From Bispira polyomma (Eukaryota), in NCBI GenBank assembly GCA_965649765.1, contig OZ287754.1, forward strand, positions 46,004,001 through 46,068,000: a DNA stretch of 64,000 nucleotides, given 5' to 3'. How positions within the stretch are numbered: the first letter of the stretch is position 1; each line of letters starts with the position of its first letter. Under the pieces are notes generated by a model that was not told the origin of the DNA, ran no database searches, and saw only the letters and a program-made list of their open reading frames with translations. Below are positions 11,639 to 23,993 of this stretch, piece after piece. The translations under genes and the position numbers were made by a program.

Positions 11639-13340
11639 AACTAGACCTAGTGCATAGGAGAACCGATGCATATTTGTATCCACCAGAAATACAAAGCAGC
11701 CTAGGTAGCAAGCACCCTAGCTAGCACCGAAGCTAGAAGCCTATGATTTCCTATAGGGTATTTATGCTAAGGCCTTAGGTGGCACAAGTGGGTTTCACAT
11801 TGCAAACATGTGGGACCAATAATAAGTGCGAGATAGGTACTTTGAATTTTGGCCTACCTGTTTGACCTTGAACGAATCGGACCACATCAAAAGATTCCCA
11901 GGCCTTGATTTCCTACAGGTTGGTTTCATATTCCAAACCTCTAGGACCAATAATAAGATATAGGCCCTTATAAGTTAGGCCATCCGCATTTGACCTTGAA
12001 CAACGGGTCCAAGGTCAAATCTGAGCACATCAAAGCATTTCCAGACAATGATTTTCTATAGGTTGGTTTGGCACTCCAAACCTCTGGGACCAAAAATAAG
12101 TGAGATATAGACACTTTCAAGTTTGGCCGCATTTGACCTTGTACAAGGGGTCCAAGGTCAAGTCGGACCACATCAAAAGATTCCCATTCGTTGATTTCCA
12201 ACAGATTGGTTTCATATTCGAAATCTCTAGGACCAATAACAAGCGATATATATGCACTTTTAAGTTTGGCCATCCACATTTGACCTTACATGAGGGGCTC
12301 AAGGTCAAATCTGAGCACATCAAAAGAGTCCCAGCCCATGATTTTCTATGGGTTGGTTTGGCACTCGAAACCTTAAGGACAAATAATGAGGGAGATATAG
12401 GCACTTTTAAGTTTGGCCATCCGCATTTGACCTTAAACGAGGGGCCCAAGGTCAAATCGGACTACATCAAAAGATTCATAGGCCATGATTTCCTGTTGGT
12501 TGGTTTCACATCCAAAACCTGTTTTACCAAAAATAAGGGAGATGTAGGCACTTTTAGGTTTGGCCATCCCTGTTTAACCTTGAAGGGGAGGCCCAAGGTC
12601 AAATCTGAGCACATCAAAAGATTCCCTGTTTTTGATTTACTGTAAGTTGGTTTCAGATCCCAAACCTCTAGGACCAATATTAAGCAAGATATAGGCACTT
12701 ATAAGTTTGGCAATCTGCATTTGACCTTGAACGAGGTGCCCAAGGTCAAATCTAAGCACACCAAAAGATTCCCAGCCCATGATTTTCTATAGGTTGGTTT
12801 GGTACTTCAAACCTCTGGGACCAATAATAAGTGAGATATAGGCACTTTTATGTTTGGCCATCCGCATTGATTTTGAACAAGAGGCCCAAGGTCAAATCGA
12901 ATCACATCAAAAGATTCCCAGGCCTTGATTCCCTTCAGGCTGGTTTCATATTCCAAACCTCTAAGACCAATAATAAGCAAGATATAGGCACTTTTAAGTT
13001 TGGCCATCCCTGTTTGACCTTGAAGGAGAGGCCCAAGGTCAAATCACATCAAAAGATTCCCCGCTCATGATTTCCTATAGGTTAGTTTCAGATCCCAAAC
13101 CTCTAGGACCAATATTAAGCGAGATATAGGCACATATATATCCAATAAACATATCACACGTAAATAGATTCAACGTTCTACAGCTGAGAAACAGACACAG
13201 TTTGCCTGATTATTTTCAGGAGCCCAGGTGTAAAAGTTTTCCCAGGAGAACAGCAATGGTAAAATCTCTACACATAATAACGCGGTAGCGGCGTAACGAA
13301 AACAATTCCATAGTATCCATCGAAGTAAACTTATTACAAT
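11639..13340 (+). mobile_element. Helentron/HINE-like non-autonomous element with internal 147-bp tandem array, copy 1
   Basis: The head AACTAGACC..GATGCATATTTGTATCCACCAGA is shared with the copy at 44450. About 9 units. Degenerate 3' GCGGCG..GTATCCA end. Confidence 0.75.
11740..13135. repeat. Tandem array, unit 147 bp
   Basis: AAGGTCA anchors at 12011, 12154, 12301, 12448, 12595, 12742, 12888, 13035. Confidence 0.95.
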
Positions 13341-14784
13341 TAAAATTATACTGCTTATACAGTGCTTACAGTGCTAAAATCTGTCCACAAAACAATAGAT
13401 GAAGCACTTCCAAGCTTGGGAACCGCTTGCCAATTATTTAGCATTAGGAAGATTAAAGAACAATGAAGTTTAAAAGTGCAATAAAACATTTTTGCTCTTT
13501 GAAGGCACTTATGTAGTCTCTTCATGTCTTGTTGTGCTAATTAATATTTTAGATATATTGTTGCACCTTAGATACTTGTATTGTATTGTACCTTCAAAAG
13601 CAAGCTTGAGTTTAATTGGGGTTTACGTTTAAGTTTCAACATATTTTGTTTATATTATGATGGCCAGATCTATTGGTAAAAGACATTTTACACTGCAAAG
13701 CCAGAAAGTGGGACAATTATTGTTATACAGAAGTCACCCATCTAGCATTCTTCCCAAACACAGAGGAAACACACTTTTGGTAACCATATTCATCAATGTA
13801 TCCAAGTTGTGTTAGTATGTCATCTGATTCATGTTTTACTTAACTGAAAAAAATTCCATGTTCATCATTTTGTACTTTTTTTTTAACCAAGTGACAGTTT
13901 TGATCCTCAGTTTAATGATGGTCTTAGACTTTAAAATGTTCTTCAGCAATTCATATTTGTTCTTATATTTGTATCAAACAGTAGTCTTTGTGGGAATTTT
14001 CCATCACACCAAATAATCCTGTCCAGACAGTAATATATGGATATCCTTTATGTATGTGCCCCAGAAATGACCCATAGGAGCTTCAAAGCAGCAGCATTAT
14101 TTCAAAAATCGATTTCAAGAAAATGCATTACCCCCCTTAACCAATCGGCCCAGATTGTAGCAGAATACAAGATTTACCAAACAACTCCTGCTTAATTAAT
14201 TCTCTTTGTGTGTTTTGTGGAGTTAGAAATACTGCATCTCTTGGTATCAATAGTGCAGTCCAATCTTGCTGTTTTTTACAATAACAAGAATCCATTTACA
14301 CGTTTGCTGGTCACAACACGTGACTTGCCTGTGCTGTATCTTTACTAATGCTGCAATAACTTCCAAAAATAGTATTGGTAATGCTGAAACATCCAACAGC
14401 CTTCGCCTACAATCAGATGATGACTTGGAACCTTAGAGACTGCATTACTATGGTGTACATTGTCATATTTTGGAGATTTGTCCTAATATCAACCTTCATC
14501 TTTGAAAAAATGACACATTGTATTGTATTTATTTCAGTAGTTTTCACTTGTTATTACCACTAGCAATGGGACCAACAAGCCTAAAGTCATTAATATCTTG
14601 GCAGCACAAGCATATGGCAAGTATAGCCGAGTTAACTTATAGTAAGTTGACACCGTTTCTAATACACACACATGTGGTCGCACTATATATTAATTATGTA
14701 TTTCCCAGAATGGTCTGCGAAGTGGGTAAAAAGTATAATTTGAACATACACGCCTCGCCTTGCATGATATATGCATGTTTTTAG

Positions 14785-15050
14785 CAGTTAGAGTGTTAGA
14801 TTATGGATCTGAAAGATCTGCTAGCCTAATTATTGTAACCTTGGACAAAGTACTTTAGTGAAAGTTGTCCCCCACTACCCAGGTGTATAAATGGGGTATC
14901 TGGCCGCTAATGGGTGTTAGTCTTTGATGTGTCATATGTGGCAGCACGGGTAGTATGCTTCCTGATGGAGCTGACACTCAACACTTGGTTGACAAGTGTT
15001 AGAACCCAGACTGGGGTAATAATGTCAAAGCACATTGGTGAAACTATTGT
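14785..15050 (+). mobile_element. Old SINE with conserved central domain (CORE/Deu/Nin-like)
   Basis: CCTTGGACAAAGTACTT...ACCCAGGTGTATAAATGGGGTA motif downstream of a decayed tRNA-like head. Confidence 0.45.
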
Positions 15051-15180
15051 ACTTAACAACAACAGTATTGTTTTGCTGGTAAATATGAGTAAACTCACCT
15101 AAGGGAGAAAATTGTACGGTCATATATAAAAAAACGTCATTTAAAAATGTTATTGATGTTACAGTGTCATTCAACATCTC

Positions 15181-15250
15181 ATGGCCTCTAGTGGTTAGGG
15201 AGTTGGTCTGCTGACGAGAAGGTCTCCGGTTTAGCTCCAGGTAACACCAT
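15181..15250 (+). mobile_element. Isolated tRNA-like SINE head (resembles family 2)
   Basis: TGGCCTCTAGTGGTTAGGGAGTTGGTC..GAAGGTCTCCGGTT resembles the heads at 16680(-) and 56036(+). Confidence 0.4.
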
Positions 15251-15879
15251 AATGGTTACTTGGGAATATTATGCCTACCGATGATGGCCTATTCCTTTTT
15301 ACAGAACATGCACCATTATCAGGCATTGCTCATTAATTCGGTGCTATTTCAATGCTTTAAATAAAATTAGACGAACCGCTATTAAAAATGTAATTGGTGC
15401 TGCTTGTAGCTCTCTATTATTAAAAAATATAAAAAATCAATGCTAACACTTAAACAAAATTAATCAATGTCCAAGTTTGCCATTCAGCCACTCTACAGGA
15501 TGTTTTCAATCAATTCAGGAAGGATCTGATGTGAACTGAGAACAATAATATTGTCACATAAATTCTAGTACAAAGACCATTTAGACTGACATTTATGTAA
15601 ATAGAAAAAATGTTCAACAAAAAATATTAACTACACATCTGGATTTTTTTAACCTAAATTATGATTGCAGTTATAGTTACAACTAGTCAATAAAAGTTAC
15701 AATTTTTAGCAAAATATCAGAGATATAAAATAAAAAATTATCCCATACTTTTTCTTGGGTTTCTGTAATGTGTCCAATCCAGGGCATGTCCTGTTCATCC
15801 CCATTATACAGATATTACTAGCCTCGATTGGGCTCACTACTATACCATTTAATATGCAGCTTACTTTATCACACAGTGA

Positions 15880-16302
15880 TTTTGAGATAGGGGCGGTCAG
15901 GGCGAAAAAATAAAAGTGTGGAGAAAGCTTGTAGATCGAGCTGATTGCATGTCGTTTTGACAGGACACCGACCACGATCAAACCTGAGGTCCATACTAAA
16001 ACTTTCCCGACCTGCCTGACCCAAGTTAGGATCAAACTTACTGGTGATAGGATCTGACGTATCACCTTAGGATCCAAACCATCAAGATTGAACATCTAAA
16101 ATTCAAAGTTGAATGGGCTGTTATGGTAAAATAACTGACAAAATGGGTAAAATACCTGACAAAATGGGTAAAATAACTGACAAAATGGGCTTATATTCTT
16201 CCCGACAGGCCCGTTTTTGCCCCCGGACCTATACGAACACGCCCGGGACCTCAAAATTGGGACGCTCGGGAACAAATTGGTATAGTAGAACCACCGTTTT
16301 AG
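15880..16302 (+). mobile_element. Non-autonomous DNA element, partial copy of the family at 42841-43549
   Basis: Shared blocks TTTTGAGATAGGG.CGGTC, GTTAGGATC.AACTTACTGGTGATAGGATCTGAC and terminal AACCACC. Contains a 21-bp unit x3 at about 16125-16190. Confidence 0.75.
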
Positions 16303-16344
16303 GTAAGACATAGAATCAAATAACACTTTTCTGTATTCTAATAT

Positions 16345-16680
16345 GTACCTTGATCTGGTACTCAGAGCGCTAATAAACCCTTTCCTGGCTGTAAACAGTC
16401 AACTGCAGAAGTTACTGTCATTCACCGAAATGAAGAGAGAGGCTTGAGGACGACATCCTCAAGGAACTTTAGCTTACCATTAGGGATTGGACCCACTGTT
16501 GACTGCCATCACGAGAGCACTGCCATTTTAGGTGGCAATCTGAGATACTAATAAACAAACACATGTACACATCTTTCCCAAGGATGTTGTGCCACCAATA
16601 CAACTAGCGGCAGGTACCGTGAGTAGAATCCGCGACTTTCTGATAACCAGACCAGTTCCCTGACCACTAGGCCATGTGGG
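16345..16680 (-). mobile_element. tRNA-derived SINE, family 2
   Basis: Minus-strand TGGCCTAGTGG A-box. Body GCCGCTAGTT..AACATCCTT.GG..AAGATGTGTACATGTG..TCCTCAAGCCTCTCTCTTCA matches 56036-56335. Confidence 0.8.
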
Positions 16681-17650
16681 ATCACTGTAGGCTTACTATA
16701 GGTTTGCAACAGTCCTACGTGAATCAGTGTTAGCCAAAAGACATGACACTATTATGTTATATTATTATCAGTTGATTTGTCGAACTTGTCGAAACATCAT
16801 TAACAGCCCAGCCCTAACTATTAATAGGCAAAAATGATGGACCCAGTATTAGAATCAATAATCTAATGTTAATGCCCAGCCTTTAGATAACAATAAGTAT
16901 CAAACTTTCAACATGTTTAAGATCTGTAGCGTGTCATGTGATCTTTCCTCATCATGGGCTGATCCGAAATGTAAATGGCTTTTCGGATGAGTGTGCATAA
17001 TTCTATATTTGCATGTAGGTGACGTTTAGATGGACATCAGGGGATTATTTTATTGCTTCCATGTAAATAATTTTTATGTAGGAATAAAGTCTGAACATGC
17101 GATGTACTTCGCCACAACACTGGACTTTAGCAATTCACCCCAGGTGCAAGTTGCATTCATCACTCATCCATAACTCAACTACAACTCGCTGTTAGCGTGA
17201 CTTGTGTGTCCTTTTTACAACTGTTGAAAATTGAATCATTACACTCGCGTGTGGATCGCACATTCTCTAATGAAGCAATCAGATGATCACAGCGTGACAG
17301 GTATATGCGCTGATATGATGGGGTAATTTTTGCTTGACTACTTTGCGATGCTTGCGGAACTTTAGTTTAAATTTATATTTTCACAGCCACTGGCAATACC
17401 TTTAGTGTCGTACTGACATCTCAATTCAAAATCGCCAAAGTGAAACCTAGACTTATCGCTGTCTTGAGTATTATAATGGTAAAGACACCTTCCGCCAAGA
17501 TACAAACATAAACACTAAAGCACTTTAATCTTCAGTATTATTCATTATCATTGTAAGAACACTCCAGAAATTTCCATACATTTAAATATGTAATGAGAAA
17601 AAAAAACTATTATTTGAAATTTTTCTTCACCTCCCCTAAAAATATTGGGA

Positions 17651-17656
17651 GTGTGT

Positions 17657-17687
<31 letters not shown>

Positions 17688-17691
17688 GGGT
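17651..17691. repeat. (GT)n followed by a poly-G run
   Basis: Direct reading. Confidence 0.9.
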
Positions 17692-18029
17692 TTCCGGAAC
17701 ATTTCCTATTGCCACCCACATTCGTCAAAACTCAAGAATAAATCAATGTTGTTTTTTTGACTGAAAATAAATCTAGCTGCACATAAAATAAAAAATATTA
17801 ATTTTTTCCTCCCCAAAAGGTAAACATGGTTACTATGCAGCAATAAGACAGCTTCAGATTAGTAAGTCGGTAGGCTTCAAATTAAAACTAGTAGATTTTT
17901 ATATATCTTTTTCAGTTATCCCCAGAAAAATGTAACAGTCAAGCACTTTTGGGGGAAAATGAAAACAATAGACATTAGTTCTAATTATGTGGCCTATTGT
18001 CCATCAATGGAAAATATTTCCCAAATCTG

Positions 18030-18200
18030 CTGGCATGGTTTCGAATTTCATCCCTTGTGTACATGTGTAAAAGTTGGCAGTAGACTTGCTGGACGCTGGT
18101 GGTTTATAAAGCATAAAACATTAAGCAACAATGAACTGCCCATAGGAATATGGCTGAAGACGTGTTGAAAGCAATTTAAAACCCAAATAACATACAAAAT
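18030..18200 (+). mobile_element. Decayed MetaSINE-like copy (similar remnants at about 30-120(+), 13610-13750(-), 40755-40930(-))
   Basis: AAAGTTGGCAGTAGACTTGC..GCTGGTGGTTT and GTGTTGAAAGCAATTTAAAACCCAAATAA tail. Confidence 0.55.
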
Positions 18201-19405
18201 ATATACAGCCATGGAGATAGTTTTCACCTTTTATGAACTAGCCATTTATGTACTCAAGGGCAAACTGTCAAAGGAGAACTACAGCCTGGGTTGTTTTATC
18301 TAGAAAAAACTAGCAATAAACTAGTATGACATGCTTAACCGTTTGGCCTTTACATGAATATCTGTTCATTGATAGTAGCTACAAAAAAATCTATCAACAG
18401 TTGGAGATCAACTAGAGCAGAAATATATGCATCTGTTTAGACGCCATTTGGTTTATTGTTTGCCTGGGGAAAATAGCAACACATCAAAAACAAGGGGGTA
18501 TCTTGGGTTTATACCAACTGAGAGTGTATTTAATGTACAGGGCTTTGATTGGGGTTGGGGGGGGGGGGGTAAAAGTTGCTTGCCCCCTTTGAAAAAAAAT
18601 CTGCCTCCTATATAGGTTAATAAAGGTAATGATCCGTGTTACTACAGCATCAGGCACCACAAGACTACACCCTGCGACATCTCTATTTGAATCCCACAAT
18701 ACACAAGGCCCTTTTGCCACCACTGTTTGCTGATGATACAGCCCTCTTGTACTGGCCTACTCCTGGCTCTTATTGTTCTCTGCCGCTGAACCCAAAAGGC
18801 AATGTTACATCTACAGTGGCCCACTAATTACACAGCAACCTTCTTGTGTGTAACTTACCACTGATAACATAGCATAAAATAGTAATATAACTTTTTTCTG
18901 TTTATAATAAAAATGGTTGAATGCATAAAATAGTGCATTAATTGTACCATATATACAACATGTATATATAGCAGTAAAGATTTTGATGAAAAACAGTTAT
19001 TTGTTGGTTTCTTTATTGCAACACCACCAACCAGTTAACATCTCCAAACCCAAATATGTAAATTTTGTATCAGATCAGTGTACACAATTTTTTAAATACG
19101 TTCATGGCAGTCCCCCGTGAGACAAATAACAGAAGAGATTTGCAGTTATCACAGTTCATAAGGTGATCTTACCTAAAGGTCAAGGTTTTAGTAGTTTTGA
19201 AAATAGTTAAAGTTAAAGTCACTTTAGTAATATACCTTTTAAGTTAAGGTGGCCCGAACATCAACCCCGGCAACCCCAGTTTACGTATATGTACATTATT
19301 TTACAATTTATTACCATTTATAATATATATAAAGTCTTCATGTATACGCTCTGATATCCAACGAAATGAGTCAAATATTTTAAAGATTGTAAATGTAAAA
19401 ACTAA

Positions 19406-19846
19406 GTGTGCGTCTCCATGCAGGCAACTTTCTGAGGCGATCAGGCGACGGCCGACGGCGATTCTATCAGATTCATTGATTTATAACAAAGTGTTTCCAG
19501 GTGAGCAACGCCGATAGGTGACAAGCAATGCCAGGCGATTTTTTCGGTACTAGGAGCGAAAAAAATTGCCTGGCATTGCCCGTCGCCTTGTAAACATTGC
19601 TGTTTTTTAAATAACTCAACAATTACTAAAGGTATAAATTTAATAAAAATATGGTGAGAAAGCTTATTTTATCGGGAATATTGTGCTTTTTGTTGCATCA
19701 AAATCGGTTGAGAAATGGCTGAGATATTCAGGTTTAAATACAGGTATCGATTTTTCTCAAATATTGTATAAAAACATAAAAATTGAAAATTGCCTGTTAT
19801 ACGTCGGCTGGTCGCCTCAGAAAGTTGCCTGCATGGAAACGTTCAC
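19406..19846. mobile_element. PIF/Harbinger-type (Tourist-like) MITE
   Basis: About 45-bp TIRs (GTGTGCGTCTCCATGCAGGCAACTTTCTGAGGCGA.. / ..TCGCCTCAGAAAGTTGCCTGCATGGAAACGTTCAC) flanked by TAA on both sides (19403-05, 19847-49). Confidence 0.85.
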
Positions 19847-20494
19847 TAAAACAACCGTTACCAGACTAAAAAAGGAGGTTATACCTCACGCAGATCTATT
19901 CACCAAACGCACTATTTATATACAGTCTGTCATATACAAATGCCAGTTGCTTGCCATAGTTTTGATTTTTTAGCAAAAGGGATTAGGGTGGGTGGGGGAA
20001 ATTCGGATGTTTACAGTTCCAGTTCAGAATTTAAAGTGAGAAAGTTAAAAACTCTAAGTCATTTCTAGGACCAGTGGACCAATGAGAATATTAGTAAACA
20101 ATTGTTTACCCCTAGCAACACTGGGTAAATGGAAGTCTCTACTTTTAGACCATTAGTTGACATGTCCAACACAATTTAATTATTGCTTCATTTTGGTAAG
20201 TTTTGTTGTATATAGTTTTGTTTTTATTTCAGTTTACCAATTTACTATACCATTTAATAACCGACTGTCGTTTAGCTTCATAAACCAACAATAGGTTAAG
20301 AAAAATGAATACCAACTTCAGATTTTAAACTAAAAAAGGATTTGGGGCTTTATTGATTTTTCTTTTGTTGTCTCCACACATAAAGGGAATATACTTAGTA
20401 ATAAAACTAATAAGAATAAACCGTTTTATAAATGTTCAAAAACACTATAAAAGAAATGTCCTTCAGTATAAATAAAAAATGTCAAAATTCCTTT

Positions 20495-20700
20495 TGTAAC
20501 AAAAAGTTTTCAAGGATGTTTTACAGCTATAAATTGTTGCTATAGTTCGAAGTTTTTCTGGCAGCTGGTTCCACAATCTTAGGGCAGCAACAAAAAAGGT
20601 CGTTTCTCCAAATGTAGTTCTGGTGTTCACCTACTCCAGCAAAGGTCTTTTGTTATTCCTCAATATTATAGATGGTTTCTTCACAGATATTAAGTCAGTA
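20495..20700 (-). mobile_element. L2/CR1-group LINE 3' fragment
   Basis: Minus-strand translation ..RTTFGETTFFVAALRLWNQLPEKLR..SLKT, the typical ORF2 C-terminus. Confidence 0.7.
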
Positions 20701-22128
20701 CTTTTTTATAGCACCCTATCCATTCATAGAAATACACTAAAGCGTTATTTTTGTTGATAACACCCAGCCTTTAAAGCCTATTTGTCACTTTTTATTCACA
20801 TATATTTTGTTAAACAATAATAAATATTATTTTTTTTCAATACAATTTGAATGGGACAAAATTGAATATAAGATAAAACTCTAAAAGCAAAGAGCTCTGA
20901 ATATAAATAAAAATAATTTAGCAGATGTCTAACATACAAATGAATTATTTTGCGGGGGGGAGGGTGGGCGGTACTTAAGATTAAAATATTGGTGTTTCAG
21001 TTTTTGGTTTACACATGTCACATACATAATATGAACAGCAAATATCAATTATGTGACCTGAAATGTCAGCCTTGGGATAATAATGTAAACATTCAGCTTA
21101 CTTCAGTTTAAAAGACTTCATCTTTTGCACACTAAAAATTCCATGTGTTCAGAAATACACCGTGTCCACAAGGCACTCATTCAGTGTTCACTAAAATATC
21201 ATAAGGTATTCCTAAATGATGTCATATAAATATCTGGAAAATGTCCACCTCCTCTTTCAAAGTGGTTAGTGAACACAGAACAAAAAATATAGAAGAAACT
21301 GACATGCAACGTCAATAAATATGGAGGTATGACAAAAGCTCATTAATCACCACTGCTGTGAATATGGTGTGGGTTTACATCACTTAGGTTTGACAGGTAT
21401 TTAATACTACCAACTAGACTATTATCTTCTATAAAATGATTATACCCACACACATGTACTTCTGTACTAAGATGATAAACTATGATGGAGATTTACACAT
21501 CATTACTCCACTGCAATGTAATTCACAGGCTACATGACATAATTAGCGCACAGTGCCCGTAGGAACCAAAAATGACCACTATTAGTGAGGTTTTAAATAT
21601 CTTACTAATTACCCACCTGCACATTCGTATATAAAAAGTAATCAGTCTATTACGAGATGAAATGTCTGGAGACTTTATGTGGAAACAAAAAAAATACTCT
21701 CTATTTGAGGCAATCTTACACACCAGTCCACAATGTCAAGTTACATCTAAACTTACATAAAATAAAATGCATAAATAATGTCAATGCTTGTTCAAAATAT
21801 TAGATTATTATTATCAAGCAAAACATTACCTAGTTTGATTGAACACATACGACGTAAAAAAAGTTTAAAACCCTCCAGCAATAGTAATTTGGTATTAGGC
21901 CGTTTTTGCCCAAAAAGTTTTGATTGTAGTTATTGTAAAAAAAAAACCATGGGCCACATGCATGTAGTAATTTTATGCAATATTTATTGCAGTGACTTGC
22001 AAAAGTGTTTGTGTTTGATTAGAGAATAATATATGTTGTAATTATGACATATTTTTTTTTTCCTTTTACTGAGCCTGATAGTCTTCCTTAGAAAATCTCT
22101 ATTTGCTTTTATCAATAAAAAATTAATC

Positions 22129-23420
22129 CTTGTCAAGAGGCGAACCTACTTCCTTGGCCTTGCTTGACCTCTCCGCTGTCTTTGACACCATTGATCATTC
22201 CACTCTTCTCAGTTGTCTTCAGATTTGGTTTGGAGTTGGGTGTTCTTTTATGAAATGGTTCTCTTCCTACTTAACTGAGCGTTATCAGTTAATAAAAATT
22301 GGTTCTACTTTGTCTGATCATTGCAAACTCTTGTTTGGTGTTACCCAAGGTTCTGTTTTGGGCCCTTTATTGTTTTCATTGTGCACTGCTCCTCTTTTGG
22401 TGATTAACAAATATGAAGGTATTAAGTTTTACATTTACGCAGATGACACCCAAGTTTATGTACACTTATCACAGAAGAATACATCTGCTGCTTTAAACAC
22501 TTAAACAGGTGTCTTAATGATGTAAAAGAGTGGATGTCAACTAGTAAACTCAAATCGTATCCTGACAAGACTTAGTGAGAAGTTGAAAGCATGTTTTCCA
22601 ATTGACATCCTGGGTAACCCCATCTGCCCAGCTGCTTCAGTCAAGAACCCTGGCGTGTGGTTTGACTCAGATTTTTCCTTTTCTGAACATGTTCGAAATG
22701 TCTGCAAAAGTTGTTTTGTGCAACTCTGAGACTTTATATGTGTCAGGCGGTTCCTTACTCATGATGCTTTTATACTTGTGGCCAAAGCTTTTGTCAGTAG
22801 TCGGTTGGATTACTGTAATTCACTTTTCAGGAGCCTCTCCAAGTTCAATCTACACAAATTACAATGTATTCAAAATAGTGTAGCTAGAATTGTGTCAAAC
22901 ACCAGTTGATACACCAGTATAACTCCTGTTCTTAAGAAATTGCATTGGTTTCCTGTTGAACAGTTCTCAGTGTTTAAAACCGCCACACTTGTTTATAAGT
23001 TTCTTCACACGGGTTTTCCCAAGTCATTTACCCCATGTCTCTCCTCTTACAGTATTACAATACCAGGAGCAGTGAGAGTGGTGGATATTTCCTTGTTCCC
23101 CTAAGTTCTACCCGTCTACTCAAAAGTCAGTTGAACAGTTTGGTTATAGCTTTGCTTATGATGCTCCCACAGTTTGGAATGCTGTTTCTGATGTGATTCG
23201 TGCGCCCCCCTCTCTAGCCTCTTTGGAAAGCAGCTTAAAACCCACCTGTACACCAAGGCATACCCACCTTGGTCTTAATCATCCCCTGGTGTTCTCTATG
23301 TTGCTGATCTTTTTTCTGTCGTTGGATATTGAAATTGGATTACTGTTTTGGTGCTGTTTCGCCTTGGAGTCCCCTTTGTAATGTGGCGATTAAGCGCTAT
23401 AAATGACAAATTACAATCTA
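22129..23420 (+). mobile_element. 5'-truncated L2-clade LINE
   Basis: LLDLSAVFDTIDH, GVTQGSVLGPLLF, YADDTQVY, SRLDYCNS, LHW.PV. 3' tail TAAGCGCTATAAAT. Multiple frameshifts. Confidence 0.92.
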
Positions 23421-23993
23421 TAGAATAAGTCAATCCAAGAATCTATTGTTATGTGCATTGTTTAGGTAAGAAATACCATGTATAAATCAACCTTTTACAT
23501 AGAGTGCTGTGACAAGATGTTGTAAAAGTTTTATTCTATCCCTTTGATTGGTACCTAAATGATTTAAAACAATGTTACATTACAAGGTCATATCTCATGA
23601 CTTCTTCAAGAGTGCCCAGGCAGTGGTGTTTTTTTAATTGTTTTGGGTGCCGTTACCGTACTTTTACACAATTTAAGTTTTTTATAATGTTGGAATACTC
23701 CAAATACTGTAGGAGTTGGACTTGGAGTTGGTATAAAAAGAAATCAATAAATATAAATAAAAAGTGAAATCAAATTAGTTGTTTTCCAATTTCTTATTTA
23801 ATCAGGTGCTTACTACACATAAGGCTGAAGTAAATCTCCAATAGAAGAAAACCATAGGAAGCAGAAAGTTAGAGAAGGTGTGCTAATTACAGCAAATACA
23901 CGGTAACACATATTAGTCCAGTTGACAAACCCCCAAAATTAGCTGAAGCACGAAATTTAGTTTGAACAATTTTCTTTTAAAAAATAAAATCTT

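Noticed and set aside
11968-13070. Overlapping ORFs on both strands with 49-aa periodicity (e.g. 12100-12645)
   Set aside because: A by-product of a 147-bp (multiple of 3) tandem unit. The frames are broken between units, there are no splice signals, and the array lies within a dispersed element.
11740-13135. Palindromic repeats at regular spacing resembling a CRISPR array
   Set aside because: The intervening sequences are homologous to each other rather than unique spacers. There are no cas genes and the context is eukaryotic.
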